A DNA stretch of 64,000 bases from a phage, in assembly GCA_024683775.1 (NCBI GenBank), contig GCA_024683775.1_4106.1; one strand, given 5' to 3'. The notes under the pieces are model-generated. The model did no database searches. It was not told the origin of the DNA and saw nothing but the letters and a program-made list of their open reading frames with translations. Below are positions 1 to 10,406 of the stretch, in pieces. The stretch's first letter is position 1, and every line of letters begins with the position of its first letter. A program made the translations under genes and the position numbers.

Positions 1-3
1 GAG

Positions 4-585
4 TTGGAAGAAGTTACCAAAGCACAAGATGCTGAATTGGTAGCAATGCAAGCGAACCCTGACGTTGATTCTTTTGCAATCCAGGAGCAAAAGATGATTT
101 GTGAAGCTCTTTCTAAACAGGAAGATAAGATTCGTCGTCTTATCATGATGTGTGAACTGAGCGGTCCTCGCCTGATGAGTATGAAGAAAGTAAACCTCAA
201 CACTGTTTCTAAGTTTGAGGATTTGAAATCAGTTGTTATTCCAGCATGGAAATCACAATTGGCTGAACAGTTGATTTCCGAACGTCAACGTAAAGACAAT
301 GAGTTGGGTAATCTGATTGACAATGAAACTAACCGTTTACTCGAAGTAAACTCTAAAATGGTAGCAACTAACATGTTGGATGCTGCTAAGGCAAATAATC
401 GTGGTATCGTGGATATTAAAACATTGCGTAATGTACACAAAACAATGATCGATAGCATCGAAGCAGTACTGATTGAAGAGAAGAAAGGTAAAGAAGAGCG
501 TGAGCGAGCTAAGATTGAAATCGCAAAACTCTCTCATGAACTTGAAGATACTCTTCGTGAAATTGCTGAAAAAGCTAACAAGTAA
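4..585 (+). CDS. hypothetical K/E-rich coiled-coil protein; probably 5'-truncated by the window edge
   Basis: ORF open to window start in frame; position 4 is TTG; no upstream context visible. Confidence 0.5.
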   Translation: MEEVTKAQDAELVAMQANPDVDSFAIQEQKMICEALSKQEDKIRRLIMMCELSGPRLMSMKKVNLNTVSKFEDLKSVVIPAWKSQLAEQLISERQRKDNELGNLIDNETNRLLEVNSKMVATNMLDAAKANNRGIVDIKTLRNVHKTMIDSIEAVLIEEKKGKEERERAKIEIAKLSHELEDTLREIAEKANK

Positions 586-588
586 TAG

Positions 589-645
589 TTGACACAAGAG
601 TGCGTTTTCGATATAATGTTCTTATTGAAACGCACTCTTTTTTAA
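589..645 (+). promoter_or_regulatory. sigma70-type promoter (TTGACA-N17-TATAAT) embedded in a 12-bp-stem hairpin followed by a T-run
   Basis: TTGACA 589-594, TATAAT 612-617; inverted repeat agagtgcgtttc / gaaacgcactct flanks the -10, then TTTTTT. Confidence 0.5.
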
Positions 646-666
646 TATACAGATAAGGAACGAAAT

Positions 667-1356
667 ATGAAACGCCGTCATGTTAGTGTTGATATTGAAG
701 CTCTCGGTACTCCTGAAAACTCTGGTTATGATATTATTATTCCAAATTATGCAGCAGTAGTTGTTCCAAGTAAACCTGAACATGATATCAGACAATTTGT
801 ATATGTTAAGTTACCATACCAAGCACAAGTCAACGCTGGGCTGAAATCAGATGCAGGTGCAATGGATTTCTGGATGAATACATGTCAGAAGGAATATCCT
901 AATGCATATGCTGAAGTTGCCAGTACTATGGCACTAGTTGCACCAGAATTGTACGGTCCTAATGGTAAATCCAAACAAATCTTTACTTCTAATGGTATTG
1001 TCGATTTCTGGAAAGATATCCGTTTTGATTGTTATGGTAAAGAGGTTGAACATTCAATTTGGGGAAATGGCTGCAACTTCGACTGTAGTATTTTACAAGC
1101 TAATCACTTAAAACTATTGAATGTTGGTGATTTGTGGAAATATGATGCTCCTGAAAACGCACGAACCCTGAAGCGTTTATTGAATGAAGAAGCTCGCACC
1201 GAAATGGATGAGATTGTGTCAGTGCAGTTAGCTAAATTCGTGAAGTATGTAGAAAAATGTGGTATTAATGGTTTGGAATTACATCACCCTCTGTATGATG
1301 CAGCACGTGAAGCTATCCAAATCTCCTATTGTCTCAATAAACTTAAACTGGACTAA
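667..1356 (+). CDS. DnaQ-like DEDDh 3'-5' exonuclease (DexA-like)
   Basis: 229 aa; SD aagga upstream; exo motifs VDIEALG (DxE), GNGCNFDCSIL, HHPLYDAAREA (H-x4-D). Confidence 0.7.
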   Translation: MKRRHVSVDIEALGTPENSGYDIIIPNYAAVVVPSKPEHDIRQFVYVKLPYQAQVNAGLKSDAGAMDFWMNTCQKEYPNAYAEVASTMALVAPELYGPNGKSKQIFTSNGIVDFWKDIRFDCYGKEVEHSIWGNGCNFDCSILQANHLKLLNVGDLWKYDAPENARTLKRLLNEEARTEMDEIVSVQLAKFVKYVEKCGINGLELHHPLYDAAREAIQISYCLNKLKLD

Positions 1357-1359
1357 TAC

Positions 1360-2454
1360 ATGAATTTTATTATTCTGTTGATTCCTTCACTTATCGTTGT
1401 ATTTGTTATGAAATACATGTATGATAAGCACATCAGTACTAAAGAACTGTTGATTCATATTGGTTGTTGTATAGTTGGTGCTGCTCTTGTGCTTGGTATC
1501 TCATATGCAATCAACTACAGTCAATTGTACGATGTAGAGATTCTAAATGGGCAGGTAACATCCAAATATAATCACAAGGAGTTTTGTACACAATCAAGCT
1601 CATGTAAGCATTACACGTGGCACGAGAAATGCAGAACTCGTTATGATAGTAAGGGGAAATCCCATCGTGAATGTGAGTCCTATAAGGTATTTGATTATAC
1701 ATACGAAGTTGACTGGTATGTAAAAAGTACTGTAGGGAAGTTTGAGATTGAGCGAGTAAACCGTCAGGGTACAATGACCCCTCCACGCTGGCAACAGGTT
1801 AACATTGGGGATTATGCTGCCGCAGAAAGTTCTTATATTAACTATCTGTTCGCTGATAAAAACTCATTGTTCAGTCCTGATGAATTACATGAAATGTATG
1901 ATGAGAAATATCTTAGTACTTTACCAGAATACCCAAGTGTGGTAGACTATTATAAAACACACCATGTAATCAACACTACTAATTATAATGTAGATGGTTA
2001 TGATGAGTATCTGCGTGAAGAACTAAAAACTATGGGTGCACGTAAACAAGTCAACATCCAAGTTTTGGTTTATGATTATAAAAACGTAGATTTTGTTGAG
2101 GCAACACTCGCTTCGTGGCGTGGTGGTAAGAAGAATGATGTTATTATGTTCTTTGGAATTGATAATGATGGGAAGATTGTTAAATTTGATAGCACTTCCT
2201 TTGCACAAGGCATGAAGAACGAAGAACTACATGCTAAGATGCGAATGGATGCATTAAATGAAAAATTAACTCTTGACTTGTTGAGCAAAGAAGTGCATAA
2301 TATTGACACAAAGTTTGAAAGACTCTCTAATAAAGAGTTCGAGTACTTGTCTGTAAAAATGGAACCACGTAAAGATGTTCTCATCGGTGCTTCTATTTTA
2401 TTACTGATTGTATCTATTTTCATTGGCCTTTATATGAGGGATAACAAGTTATGA
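1360..2454 (+). CDS. hypothetical membrane protein (N- and C-terminal hydrophobic segments, Cys-rich ectodomain)
   Basis: 364 aa ORF, tightly coupled to neighbours. Confidence 0.6.
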   Translation: MNFIILLIPSLIVVFVMKYMYDKHISTKELLIHIGCCIVGAALVLGISYAINYSQLYDVEILNGQVTSKYNHKEFCTQSSSCKHYTWHEKCRTRYDSKGKSHRECESYKVFDYTYEVDWYVKSTVGKFEIERVNRQGTMTPPRWQQVNIGDYAAAESSYINYLFADKNSLFSPDELHEMYDEKYLSTLPEYPSVVDYYKTHHVINTTNYNVDGYDEYLREELKTMGARKQVNIQVLVYDYKNVDFVEATLASWRGGKKNDVIMFFGIDNDGKIVKFDSTSFAQGMKNEELHAKMRMDALNEKLTLDLLSKEVHNIDTKFERLSNKEFEYLSVKMEPRKDVLIGASILLLIVSIFIGLYMRDNKL

Positions 2455-3005
2455 ATGGTAAAATTATTGCATTGATTGGTGTTGTTGTTGTATTCGGTCT
2501 TATGGCAATTGGTTCAGTTAGTATGTATGTAGATGCACATGACCGTGCTGTTGAATTTGAAGGTAATATTAAAAAGTACTATGATGCATCAGAAAGTCAA
2601 CTAAGTAAATACACTCTTGTCATTCAAGAAAAAGTACAAGTTTCTGATAAGTATAAGGATGCATTGAAAGAAACCATCGAAACATACTTTAAAGGTCGTG
2701 AAGGTGTTGACCAGAAGTTTGTGATGTCACAGATTCAACAACAGGTTCCTAATCTCGATCCTAAGATTTATCAAGAACTTATGGTAACTATCGAGTCAGG
2801 ACGTACACAGTTCAACAATCTTCAGAAAATGAAAATTGACCAGTGTACTGATTATGCTAAGTTCCGTAAAGGTTTCTGGAACTCCAAAATTCTTGATACT
2901 AACACATTCCCAAGTGAAAATATTGAACATTTATGTACAGTAGTTTCTGATACACGCACTAAGAAAGCAATGGATACTGGTATCCAAGAAGTAATTAAAC
3001 TATAA
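2451..3005 (+). CDS. hypothetical membrane-anchored protein (single N-terminal TM)
   Basis: 184 aa; start overlaps upstream stop (ATGA). Confidence 0.6.
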   Translation: MNGKIIALIGVVVVFGLMAIGSVSMYVDAHDRAVEFEGNIKKYYDASESQLSKYTLVIQEKVQVSDKYKDALKETIETYFKGREGVDQKFVMSQIQQQVPNLDPKIYQELMVTIESGRTQFNNLQKMKIDQCTDYAKFRKGFWNSKILDTNTFPSENIEHLCTVVSDTRTKKAMDTGIQEVIKL

Positions 3006-3052
3006 TCTAAATTTGGGAGTACATTGTACTCCCATTTTCTATAGGATTTATT

Positions 3053-3640
3053 ATGTTTTTAAAAAATACTTATGAATTAATTAAAATGCTTCAAAATATG
3101 AATTCCGGTGGTCTATTCCCGTATCACTCTGAGGATAAAACTCATCGTTTAGTTTTGAAATTGGATGAAACTGGGCGTATTGCATCACTAAGAACGGCTG
3201 TTCCAAATATAGATCAAGTAATTATGCCAACAACTCCGAATTCAGGAACTGCTGTTAATACACCACAAACATATAACTCAAACTACCAACACCCACAGAT
3301 GTATACGATTAGTACTCCATCTATTACAAGAGTTGCTTGTATTGTTAATATAAAAGTATCAAAAGACTATCGTGATTTAATATCAGTTGAATGGTCAGAA
3401 CTAACATCAGCATTTGCAAACAATGGGCTTGTTGTAACAAATGCTGGTATAGCAGTCAATGCAAAAGAAGGACAACAGATAATGAGTGCGTTGTATCTTA
3501 GCAATGGTTATGTTATCATTAATGGGAAGTTGTATTGTAACACCGAACCAGAAGCACTCACTGAAGATTTGATTAGTGAAAAAGAATATAGTCTTCTTGA
3601 AATTATGAATTTAAAAAAGGTATATGAAAACTGTGATTAG
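3053..3640 (+). CDS. hypothetical protein
   Basis: 195 aa ORF. Confidence 0.55.
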   Translation: MFLKNTYELIKMLQNMNSGGLFPYHSEDKTHRLVLKLDETGRIASLRTAVPNIDQVIMPTTPNSGTAVNTPQTYNSNYQHPQMYTISTPSITRVACIVNIKVSKDYRDLISVEWSELTSAFANNGLVVTNAGIAVNAKEGQQIMSALYLSNGYVIINGKLYCNTEPEALTEDLISEKEYSLLEIMNLKKVYENCD

Positions 3641-4205
3641 ATTTGATCAAGACGATTTGCCATTTATCCAAGAACTAGAAGAACTAGTTACGGTAACGAT
3701 GCAAGAAATTAGTTCATGGGATATAACAGTTTTTAGGAACGTATATGATAAAATCACAAACTTTAAAACTGTTAATATTGAGGTAAAACACAATAACTTT
3801 TACTTAACAAAAGAATTCATTCTAAAAAGACCAGGAACGATCCAACCGAAACGTAGTTTGTCTTTTGCTCAAGTTCTCGGTGCTAAGACAAGGGATGATG
3901 ATTTGAATGAATCAATATATTCGTATATTAAAGAGCGTTCTCCTGATGTTAAGAAGAGATATTACCTTTGTGTTACATTTGATGAACAAGGAAAACTAAA
4001 TGCGTATTCTATAAATTCATCAGCACACGTCCCATTACATTCAACGTCAATTGGTGATAAACAATTACTAATCGATTCATCAACATGGCATAATAGGGAA
4101 AATTTTGCCACTGAAACTTTTCAGTACTCGGTATCTGAACCAAAGTCTCCATTTGATTTTGTGTTTGTTAATAACATCCTTTTACGTTTTGGTGTAGGAG
4201 TCTAA
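3624..4205 (+). CDS. hypothetical protein
   Basis: 193 aa ORF overlapping upstream gene end. Confidence 0.55.
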   Translation: MKTVIRFDQDDLPFIQELEELVTVTMQEISSWDITVFRNVYDKITNFKTVNIEVKHNNFYLTKEFILKRPGTIQPKRSLSFAQVLGAKTRDDDLNESIYSYIKERSPDVKKRYYLCVTFDEQGKLNAYSINSSAHVPLHSTSIGDKQLLIDSSTWHNRENFATETFQYSVSEPKSPFDFVFVNNILLRFGVGV

Positions 4206-4207
4206 AT

Positions 4208-4561
4208 ATGCTAATTTATTTGAGTGTTCTTGTTATTTCATTACTAGTATCATTAGCAGTACTGAAAGTTGTTGCTATCGGTCGTAGTAAAATTGATAGT
4301 ACTGAAACCAGTTCTGTGTTGGACCTAATTATGGATCATCCAAAGATCTGTACTGGGATTGTTGTGTTTGTTCTTCTTATAGGAACATTCATTGTACGTA
4401 CACATTTATACAATATGTATGACTGTAGTGTTCGTTCAATTTCTCAGGGTGTTGAAACCGACTATAGCTGGTACTATGAGAAATGTCGCTTCAAAAACCA
4501 GCATGGTATTTGGGTTGATTTTGATAAACTGCGTGGTACACCATCTGGTGAAGAAGAGTAA
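4208..4561 (+). CDS. hypothetical small membrane protein
   Basis: 117 aa, two hydrophobic helices. Confidence 0.55.
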   Translation: MLIYLSVLVISLLVSLAVLKVVAIGRSKIDSTETSSVLDLIMDHPKICTGIVVFVLLIGTFIVRTHLYNMYDCSVRSISQGVETDYSWYYEKCRFKNQHGIWVDFDKLRGTPSGEEE

Positions 4562-4563
4562 TT

Positions 4564-5055
4564 ATGTTTGAATTTCCTGAAGAGTCATTTAACTATATTG
4601 ACCCTACTGATGACGGATACAGACACATTAATATCTATAGTAAAGCTAAAACTAAGTTAGGTAGGGATCTATCTAACTTTTCGTCACATAGTTTTACCTT
4701 AGAACCATACGGTTGGTTCCCATCGGTAGAAACTTTTTATTTTTGGTTTTTAACAGGCCAGAAACATGATGATCTTAGAAAAGTGTCGGGTGCTGCTGCA
4801 AAAGCAGCGGCGAACAAGTATATGCACGACCGTATTGAAATGACACCCGAATGCATTTCTCGTATCCAGGATGCAATATGTGCTAAGATATTTCAAAACC
4901 CAGAACTTGCTGAACGATTGAGGAAAAGTAAGTTACCCTTCTATCATTACTATGTTTATGGTGGGAAGGTGGTTGATGTATCTGATGAACATGACTGGTT
5001 TGTTAAAACATTCGAAGATATAAGAATTGTTTTGAAGGAGAACCACAATGAGTAA
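4564..5055 (+). CDS. hypothetical protein
   Basis: 163 aa ORF. Confidence 0.55.
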   Translation: MFEFPEESFNYIDPTDDGYRHINIYSKAKTKLGRDLSNFSSHSFTLEPYGWFPSVETFYFWFLTGQKHDDLRKVSGAAAKAAANKYMHDRIEMTPECISRIQDAICAKIFQNPELAERLRKSKLPFYHYYVYGGKVVDVSDEHDWFVKTFEDIRIVLKENHNE

Positions 5056-5326
5056 ATGTTGGGTATGTTGTAAGCAATTCGATGAAGATTATATTATTTC
5101 TTTGGATGTATTACCACAACAATACATGATATCTTCAGGGAAATATAAACTAGATACAGTTCCAACACCTAAGTATATGGGGATTTGTCCATTGTGTAAT
5201 GGGAATGGTGTATCGAATGAAGTTGTTGCATTCACAAATACACAAACTACTGATTGTGTCGCCGAATATATAAGAAAGAATCTGGCTTTTTTCACTAGGA
5301 GATTATATGAACGAGAGAATCTTTAA
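5048..5326 (+). CDS. hypothetical protein with two CxxC pairs (possible zinc ribbon)
   Basis: 92 aa; CWVCC ... CPLCNG. Confidence 0.5.
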   Translation: MSKCWVCCKQFDEDYIISLDVLPQQYMISSGKYKLDTVPTPKYMGICPLCNGNGVSNEVVAFTNTQTTDCVAEYIRKNLAFFTRRLYERENL

Positions 5327-5543
5327 TTCATATGATATGGAAGATTTACTAATACCATCTGATAACAGTACTGTTAAAATGCAAATGTATTGGTTAGTAA
5401 AAGATGGAAAGGTATTCCAGCACAAAGTTACAAAAGTATGGCAATGTAATAAAAACAAATCTATAGTTGATGCACTCGCAACTGCATATCCTGGGGTAGA
5501 GGTTGTATTTTTACCATTTGCTTACATTAAGGAAATAAAATGA
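5307..5543 (+). CDS. hypothetical protein
   Basis: 78 aa ORF. Confidence 0.5.
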   Translation: MNERIFNSYDMEDLLIPSDNSTVKMQMYWLVKDGKVFQHKVTKVWQCNKNKSIVDALATAYPGVEVVFLPFAYIKEIK

Positions 5544-5551
5544 AAAAAAAC

Positions 5552-5695
5552 ATGGACAATATTCGTAATACCTACTATAATGTTGTTATTGTCACTTACG
5601 GTCCCGCAAGGGCATGTTGTGGCACTGAATGTAGTAGAAATTATTCTTCTTGTAATTCACTGCATTGTATGTTACTATTATGTAAAATCGGATGA
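5552..5695 (+). CDS. possible Cys-rich mini-protein (47 aa), below ORF-track cutoff
   Basis: my translation MDNIRNTYYNVVIVTYGPARACCGTECSRNYSSCNSLHCMLLLCKIG; no clear SD. Confidence 0.25.
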   Translation: MDNIRNTYYNVVIVTYGPARACCGTECSRNYSSCNSLHCMLLLCKIG

Positions 5696-5704
5696 TAAAA
5701 AAAT

Positions 5705-6127
5705 ATGAAGTACTATCGAATTCGAGTTGGTGTAAGCTCTGGTTTTAGTAATTGGGTATATTATGATTTACCTGATAGCTATACCGTAGAAGATGTAATT
5801 GACTTATATTATGAAGAAGAGTCATGGGTATCCAGTACTGAAACACACAGTGTTGTGTGTGAAGAACTGAGTGCTGAAGATTACAAGCACTGTACCCAAG
5901 CAATGAAGTATTACAGTAAAGATGTGAAGATGTTATCTGAAAACGTTTTTCCTGTAAAAGAATGGGCAATTTTGCTTGCAAATCCTAACAAACCTGTTAG
6001 AATAGGTTATCCAAACAATCATATGGTTTATCGAATGAATGATAAACGTGAGCTAAGTTATCAGTATGATTACAGTGCTTCTAAGTTTGGAGTTCTAAAA
6101 CAATTTATGAAGGCTTATCCAGTATGA
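5705..6127 (+). CDS. hypothetical protein
   Basis: 140 aa ORF. Confidence 0.55.
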   Translation: MKYYRIRVGVSSGFSNWVYYDLPDSYTVEDVIDLYYEEESWVSSTETHSVVCEELSAEDYKHCTQAMKYYSKDVKMLSENVFPVKEWAILLANPNKPVRIGYPNNHMVYRMNDKRELSYQYDYSASKFGVLKQFMKAYPV

Positions 6128-6459
6128 GCAAAGACAGCAAAGAATTTATAGTGCGTTGTAGTTGTGGCGATAATACGGAACATTGTGTTCACATTTCACA
6201 ATTTGACTTGACACAAGAACATGGAGATGATAAACTTGGTCAATGTCTGGTGAGTATGCGTTTGAATCCTTTCTTAAAATGGTACAAACGTATATGGGTT
6301 GCATTGAAGTATATTTTCGGCGTAAACGACTTTCAATACAAAGAAGCAATGATTGATGTTGACATTCTGAAAGAAGTTGTGTTACAATTAGAAGATACCC
6401 GCTCCGATGAGGTAAAGAAAGAAGAAAGAGATAAACGTACTGATGTGAAGGTTTTATGA
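6124..6459 (+). CDS. hypothetical protein
   Basis: 111 aa ORF, ATGA overlap. Confidence 0.5.
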   Translation: MSKDSKEFIVRCSCGDNTEHCVHISQFDLTQEHGDDKLGQCLVSMRLNPFLKWYKRIWVALKYIFGVNDFQYKEAMIDVDILKEVVLQLEDTRSDEVKKEERDKRTDVKVL

Positions 6460-6650
6460 GTACTGAACTTTATGAAAAAAAGTACTGTACAAATTGTTCA
6501 ACCGAGTATACAATACAGGGTATGTTGATTTGTACAATATGCCAATCAAAACAGGCTGCCACTTTTATCGTTGATGATAGATTTGGTGATTTAAAACAGT
6601 TTAAAGCAAACCGTAATCTTCGTAACTTTAGCAATCTATATAAGGAATAA
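6456..6650 (+). CDS. hypothetical zinc-ribbon-like protein
   Basis: 64 aa; CTNCS ... CTICQ. Confidence 0.45.
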   Translation: MSTELYEKKYCTNCSTEYTIQGMLICTICQSKQAATFIVDDRFGDLKQFKANRNLRNFSNLYKE

Positions 6651-6653
6651 CAC

Positions 6654-7082
6654 ATGAATATCGAACAAACTATCCGTAACCACTCTTTCTTCGCTGCTGA
6701 AACTGGTCGTGTAATCGAGAGCGTCAAAATTGAAGAACTGATGATTAACGTTAAATATAAAGAACTGAATGATGAGATTAGCAGCACCATTTGTGCACTA
6801 CGTGCTCCATTCCGTTCTGAAGCAGCTAAGAAACCTGCCTATGTACTGGCGATTGCATTGGGTTGTGTAGTGAAATTGGTCGTTGATGAAAATCAACTAA
6901 ATATCAAAGTTGCTCCAACCAACGATGAAGAAAACATCGACCTGAACTTTGAAGGTAATCTGGCTGAAGACGTATTCTTCCAACAATCACTGGTTTATGA
7001 TTTCCGTACCGTAACTCATGACCATATCAACTTTGTCAATGAGATGGTTGACATTGTAGCTGAATACGAAGCTTCCCTATAA
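6654..7082 (+). CDS. FQxS-signature family protein
   Basis: 142 aa; motif AEDVFFQQSLVYDF near the C-terminus. Confidence 0.6.
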   Translation: MNIEQTIRNHSFFAAETGRVIESVKIEELMINVKYKELNDEISSTICALRAPFRSEAAKKPAYVLAIALGCVVKLVVDENQLNIKVAPTNDEENIDLNFEGNLAEDVFFQQSLVYDFRTVTHDHINFVNEMVDIVAEYEASL

Positions 7083-7095
7083 TTAGATTAACAAA

Positions 7096-7121
7096 AGCCT
7101 CCGTAATGGGGGCTTTTTCCA
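7096..7121 (+). terminator. rho-independent terminator
   Basis: agcctccgtaatgggggct hairpin followed by TTTTT. Confidence 0.5.
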
Positions 7122-7138
7122 ACATAAGGATATGAATA

Positions 7139-7690
7139 ATGATTGACCAAATTAAAATCCTAACTGAACAAATCACTGATTTTCTAGCAGATAAAGATGG
7201 ATTCAGTACTGAAGTTAAAATGCATGGTGTTAGTCTCGATGTAACTGCACCAAATGGTGAAACAACCAATTATGATATGTATGAAATCCTACTTTATACA
7301 TTGGCTGTTCGTAAACTTGGTAGTGATATTGAACTGAACATTAACAAAACCGAGAACGGTGACCAAGTGTTTGCAATCAACACTGGTGCACAAATGGACG
7401 TAGTAGCTGAAATCAACAAGATCAACCAATCTTTTGTGGGTTTCAAGCATGATACAATCCAATCTGTGTTCCTGGGTAAACAAACCGGAAACAGCCACTG
7501 TCCTTATTGTGTAATGACAACCTATAAAAATGGTAACTGGATGCGTCAGGATCTAGTACTTGCAGAAATGCTTTATGCAATCACTCACGGCCTAGAACTT
7601 GAACTTGATGATAGTGTTTACTGTTTCAAGAAAATCCGTAAACTTTCTGGTGATATACAAGCTCAATTAAAAGAATTAAATGATAAATAA
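7139..7690 (+). CDS. hypothetical protein
   Basis: 183 aa ORF. Confidence 0.6.
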   Translation: MIDQIKILTEQITDFLADKDGFSTEVKMHGVSLDVTAPNGETTNYDMYEILLYTLAVRKLGSDIELNINKTENGDQVFAINTGAQMDVVAEINKINQSFVGFKHDTIQSVFLGKQTGNSHCPYCVMTTYKNGNWMRQDLVLAEMLYAITHGLELELDDSVYCFKKIRKLSGDIQAQLKELNDK

Positions 7691-7801
7691 TTATACCAGT
7701 AATGGTTAACATTATCATGTTACTTTCCTCCCTTACATAATAATGATGCGTTATTATTTTATTGTATTATTCCCCTTTTTTGTACAAAATCTTTTTCGTA
7801 C

Positions 7802-7826
7802 TGCCCCGACCTTCGGGGCATTTTTC
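7802..7826 (+). terminator. rho-independent terminator
   Basis: tgccccg-acctt-cggggca hairpin followed by TTTTT. Confidence 0.55.
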
Positions 7827-7847
7827 TTGTCTAAATTTTGAGGTTCT

Positions 7848-8243
7848 ATGAATAATACTATTGGTAGTACAATATCTAAACCACTCTCTTATTACCTTGA
7901 AAAATTCAGAAGTACAAATGGTAAAAAATTTAATGGTATATACCAATTCTCACATAAAGAATATATCACAGTTGATTGTTATTCAAATAAACTTATGTAC
8001 GTAGATGATACTGAATACTGTATGAAATTGTCATTGGATGTAGAATTAGATAAGTTAACATTTATTGAATATACATCCAAAAGAACATCATTTCTTGGGA
8101 AATGTAATCGAAAAGTATATAAAAATATTTCAATGTACTTAAATGAAGATTACCACTTCCAACAAACAACGATTGAAGATGTTCTATTCAGTACTGAAGA
8201 ATTGAAAGAACTGTATCACTGGTATAAGCAATTCACATCTTGA
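7848..8243 (+). CDS. FQxS-signature family protein
   Basis: 131 aa; motif EDYHFQQTTIEDV. Confidence 0.6.
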   Translation: MNNTIGSTISKPLSYYLEKFRSTNGKKFNGIYQFSHKEYITVDCYSNKLMYVDDTEYCMKLSLDVELDKLTFIEYTSKRTSFLGKCNRKVYKNISMYLNEDYHFQQTTIEDVLFSTEELKELYHWYKQFTS

Positions 8244-8298
8244 CATTATCGTGGGTTTATCCTACAATGTAAGATAATGATACATAGAGGATAAATTT

Positions 8299-8709
8299 AT
8301 GAGTTTAGATTTACACAATGAACTAAAATATTATTTCGATTTGGATATATCACATTTGAACCAACACGTCAATTATATGACTAGTACTATGTGGTGGTCT
8401 GATGAGTTTGATGAACCAAAAATCCAACTTTGTGGTGATTTGTCTGTTTTGAGGTTGTATGCCCTTGATTCGGAAATGAATATCAAGATCACATACATCC
8501 CATACACAAACAAACTTATTGTAAACACCCTAAACCCAGTTACCGTATTGAAAATTTCTGATTTGGACACGATACAGTCAGATGAATCACTATTCCAACG
8601 TTCTTTGATTGATGATATGGGTGGTATTTTATATGAAGATATTGTACAATTGAAGAAGATGTATAGTGAATTGTTAGAAATTAAAAACACAGTAATTGTG
8701 GGGAGTTGA
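8299..8709 (+). CDS. FQxS-signature family protein
   Basis: 136 aa; motif DESLFQRSLIDD. Confidence 0.6.
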   Translation: MSLDLHNELKYYFDLDISHLNQHVNYMTSTMWWSDEFDEPKIQLCGDLSVLRLYALDSEMNIKITYIPYTNKLIVNTLNPVTVLKISDLDTIQSDESLFQRSLIDDMGGILYEDIVQLKKMYSELLEIKNTVIVGS

Positions 8710-9115
8710 TATGGTAAGTTTACTTGATATTGATAATACCAGTCTAGTACTGGTAAAAAAAGGTGTAATTCCCAATTCTACAAAAATTGATTATGCAGTT
8801 ATTGAAACAAATATTGGAAATATCTGGTATGACTCCGAAAGGGATATTGTGATTAGCTGCGTAGACAGTGACCGTGCTGAGTGTTGTAGGGTTGGTCATG
8901 ACGGGCAATTTATTTTCGAATTCCGTTACTGGAAAGATGCTAAATTCCATCATGAGCATGTTTCAATTACAGGTGTGTATTGCACCGAAGAATCGTTCTT
9001 CATGGATAGTACTGTTAATGATTTTGGTTCAGTTACATTTGAGTACTATAAAAAAGTATACAACGTATCCAGAGAAGTAATGCGAATCATCAGAAATGCT
9101 GAGGGTCAAGATTAA
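8696..9115 (+). CDS. FQxS-signature family protein (FMDS variant)
   Basis: 139 aa; motif EESFFMDSTVND. Confidence 0.55.
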   Translation: MWGVDMVSLLDIDNTSLVLVKKGVIPNSTKIDYAVIETNIGNIWYDSERDIVISCVDSDRAECCRVGHDGQFIFEFRYWKDAKFHHEHVSITGVYCTEESFFMDSTVNDFGSVTFEYYKKVYNVSREVMRIIRNAEGQD

Positions 9116-9491
9116 CATGACTACTATATATGACATTTTAGGTGACTTGAATAAAAATATAGATAATGATTTTGTTATTGTTCAAGATACTAGAAATTTA
9201 TTTCAACTACCAATAGGTTCACCAGATAGGTTAATTTTTAATAGATACGCAAAAACACTGACATACCTACACGATGGTATGGTTATATTGGTACTTGATA
9301 TTAAAGAAAATACAATACGATATGCATATGACTTCAAAGATTATTGGTCAAGAACCCATAGTATTGATATTGAGGAAGAGGAACTATTCCAATTGTCATT
9401 GATTGAGGAAAATGTAATAGGAATTACAGAAATTGATATTGTTAAAAAAGCATTAGACTATACAAATATAAAAATTAATGGTGAGCTATGA
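9096..9491 (+). CDS. FQxS-signature family protein
   Basis: 131 aa; motif EEELFQLSLIEE. Confidence 0.6.
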   Translation: MLRVKINMTTIYDILGDLNKNIDNDFVIVQDTRNLFQLPIGSPDRLIFNRYAKTLTYLHDGMVILVLDIKENTIRYAYDFKDYWSRTHSIDIEEEELFQLSLIEENVIGITEIDIVKKALDYTNIKINGEL

Positions 9492-9943
9492 TGGAAATTG
9501 ATGAAATAAAAAATCATTTTGAAATTGCATTGTCTTGTAAATTTGATGGCTCTTATGTTCCTGATCCAGAAGAGATAATTAGAATTTCCACATCGTTTTC
9601 GGAAGAGTACAATGTTCTTATTGAGAAAACATATGACAGTACGGAACTCGCATTTTACAATAAGAATTCACGAACAACAACATTTATATTATTATATAAC
9701 ACAACATCGGATTTAATAGAAATTATAACATGTAAAACAATCAAAGATGTACATTATGAGACTATATCAAATGTGAGTTATTGTTCAACTGAAGAAGGAT
9801 ACTTTCAGGAATCTCTTGTTAAAAATTTAACAGTTAGTTATTCTGATTTAAGCACTATAATCAATTGTGTTGAAAAGCTAAATGATTTCGTTCTATCTAT
9901 GTTTGATATCACAGAGCAAAACCCGAAGGTAATCAAATGCTAA
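9488..9943 (+). CDS. FQxS-signature family protein
   Basis: 151 aa; motif EEGYFQESLVKN. Confidence 0.6.
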   Translation: MMEIDEIKNHFEIALSCKFDGSYVPDPEEIIRISTSFSEEYNVLIEKTYDSTELAFYNKNSRTTTFILLYNTTSDLIEIITCKTIKDVHYETISNVSYCSTEEGYFQESLVKNLTVSYSDLSTIINCVEKLNDFVLSMFDITEQNPKVIKC

Positions 9944-10392
9944 ATCCAGGACAGTTTTTCCATTTACTTAGTATTACACCTATACCGGATTTAATCAGTG
10001 AAGCGAATCAATATCGTGATATAGGAATTGTATCTATGGAATACGATTCACCTGACTTTAAATGTTACGTAACATATGATTTGGTAGCCTATGAGTCAGA
10101 AACTGAGATAAAAAAACCATCATACATTTTTGTGTTCATATATAATGATTATAGTGGTGATCTACTCAATGATGTTCATATTGACACATTTGAAATATGT
10201 GATAATATTATAACAGATGATTCATCATGTACATTTGATTTATCAGAAAACAGTACTGAAGAGGCACTTTTTCAGTTGAGTACTGTTAGTGACACTGTAC
10301 TAACTCTTGATGACATTGAGAAATTTAAAGAACAGCTTGACGCAGTACGTGAGATGTTCTATAATCATTATCCAGAAATCGAGTTCAAATAA
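9937..10392 (+). CDS. FQxS-signature family protein
   Basis: 151 aa; motif EEALFQLSTVSD. Confidence 0.6.
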   Translation: MLNPGQFFHLLSITPIPDLISEANQYRDIGIVSMEYDSPDFKCYVTYDLVAYESETEIKKPSYIFVFIYNDYSGDLLNDVHIDTFEICDNIITDDSSCTFDLSENSTEEALFQLSTVSDTVLTLDDIEKFKEQLDAVREMFYNHYPEIEFK

Positions 10393-10406
10393 CTAAAGGT
10401 ATCAAA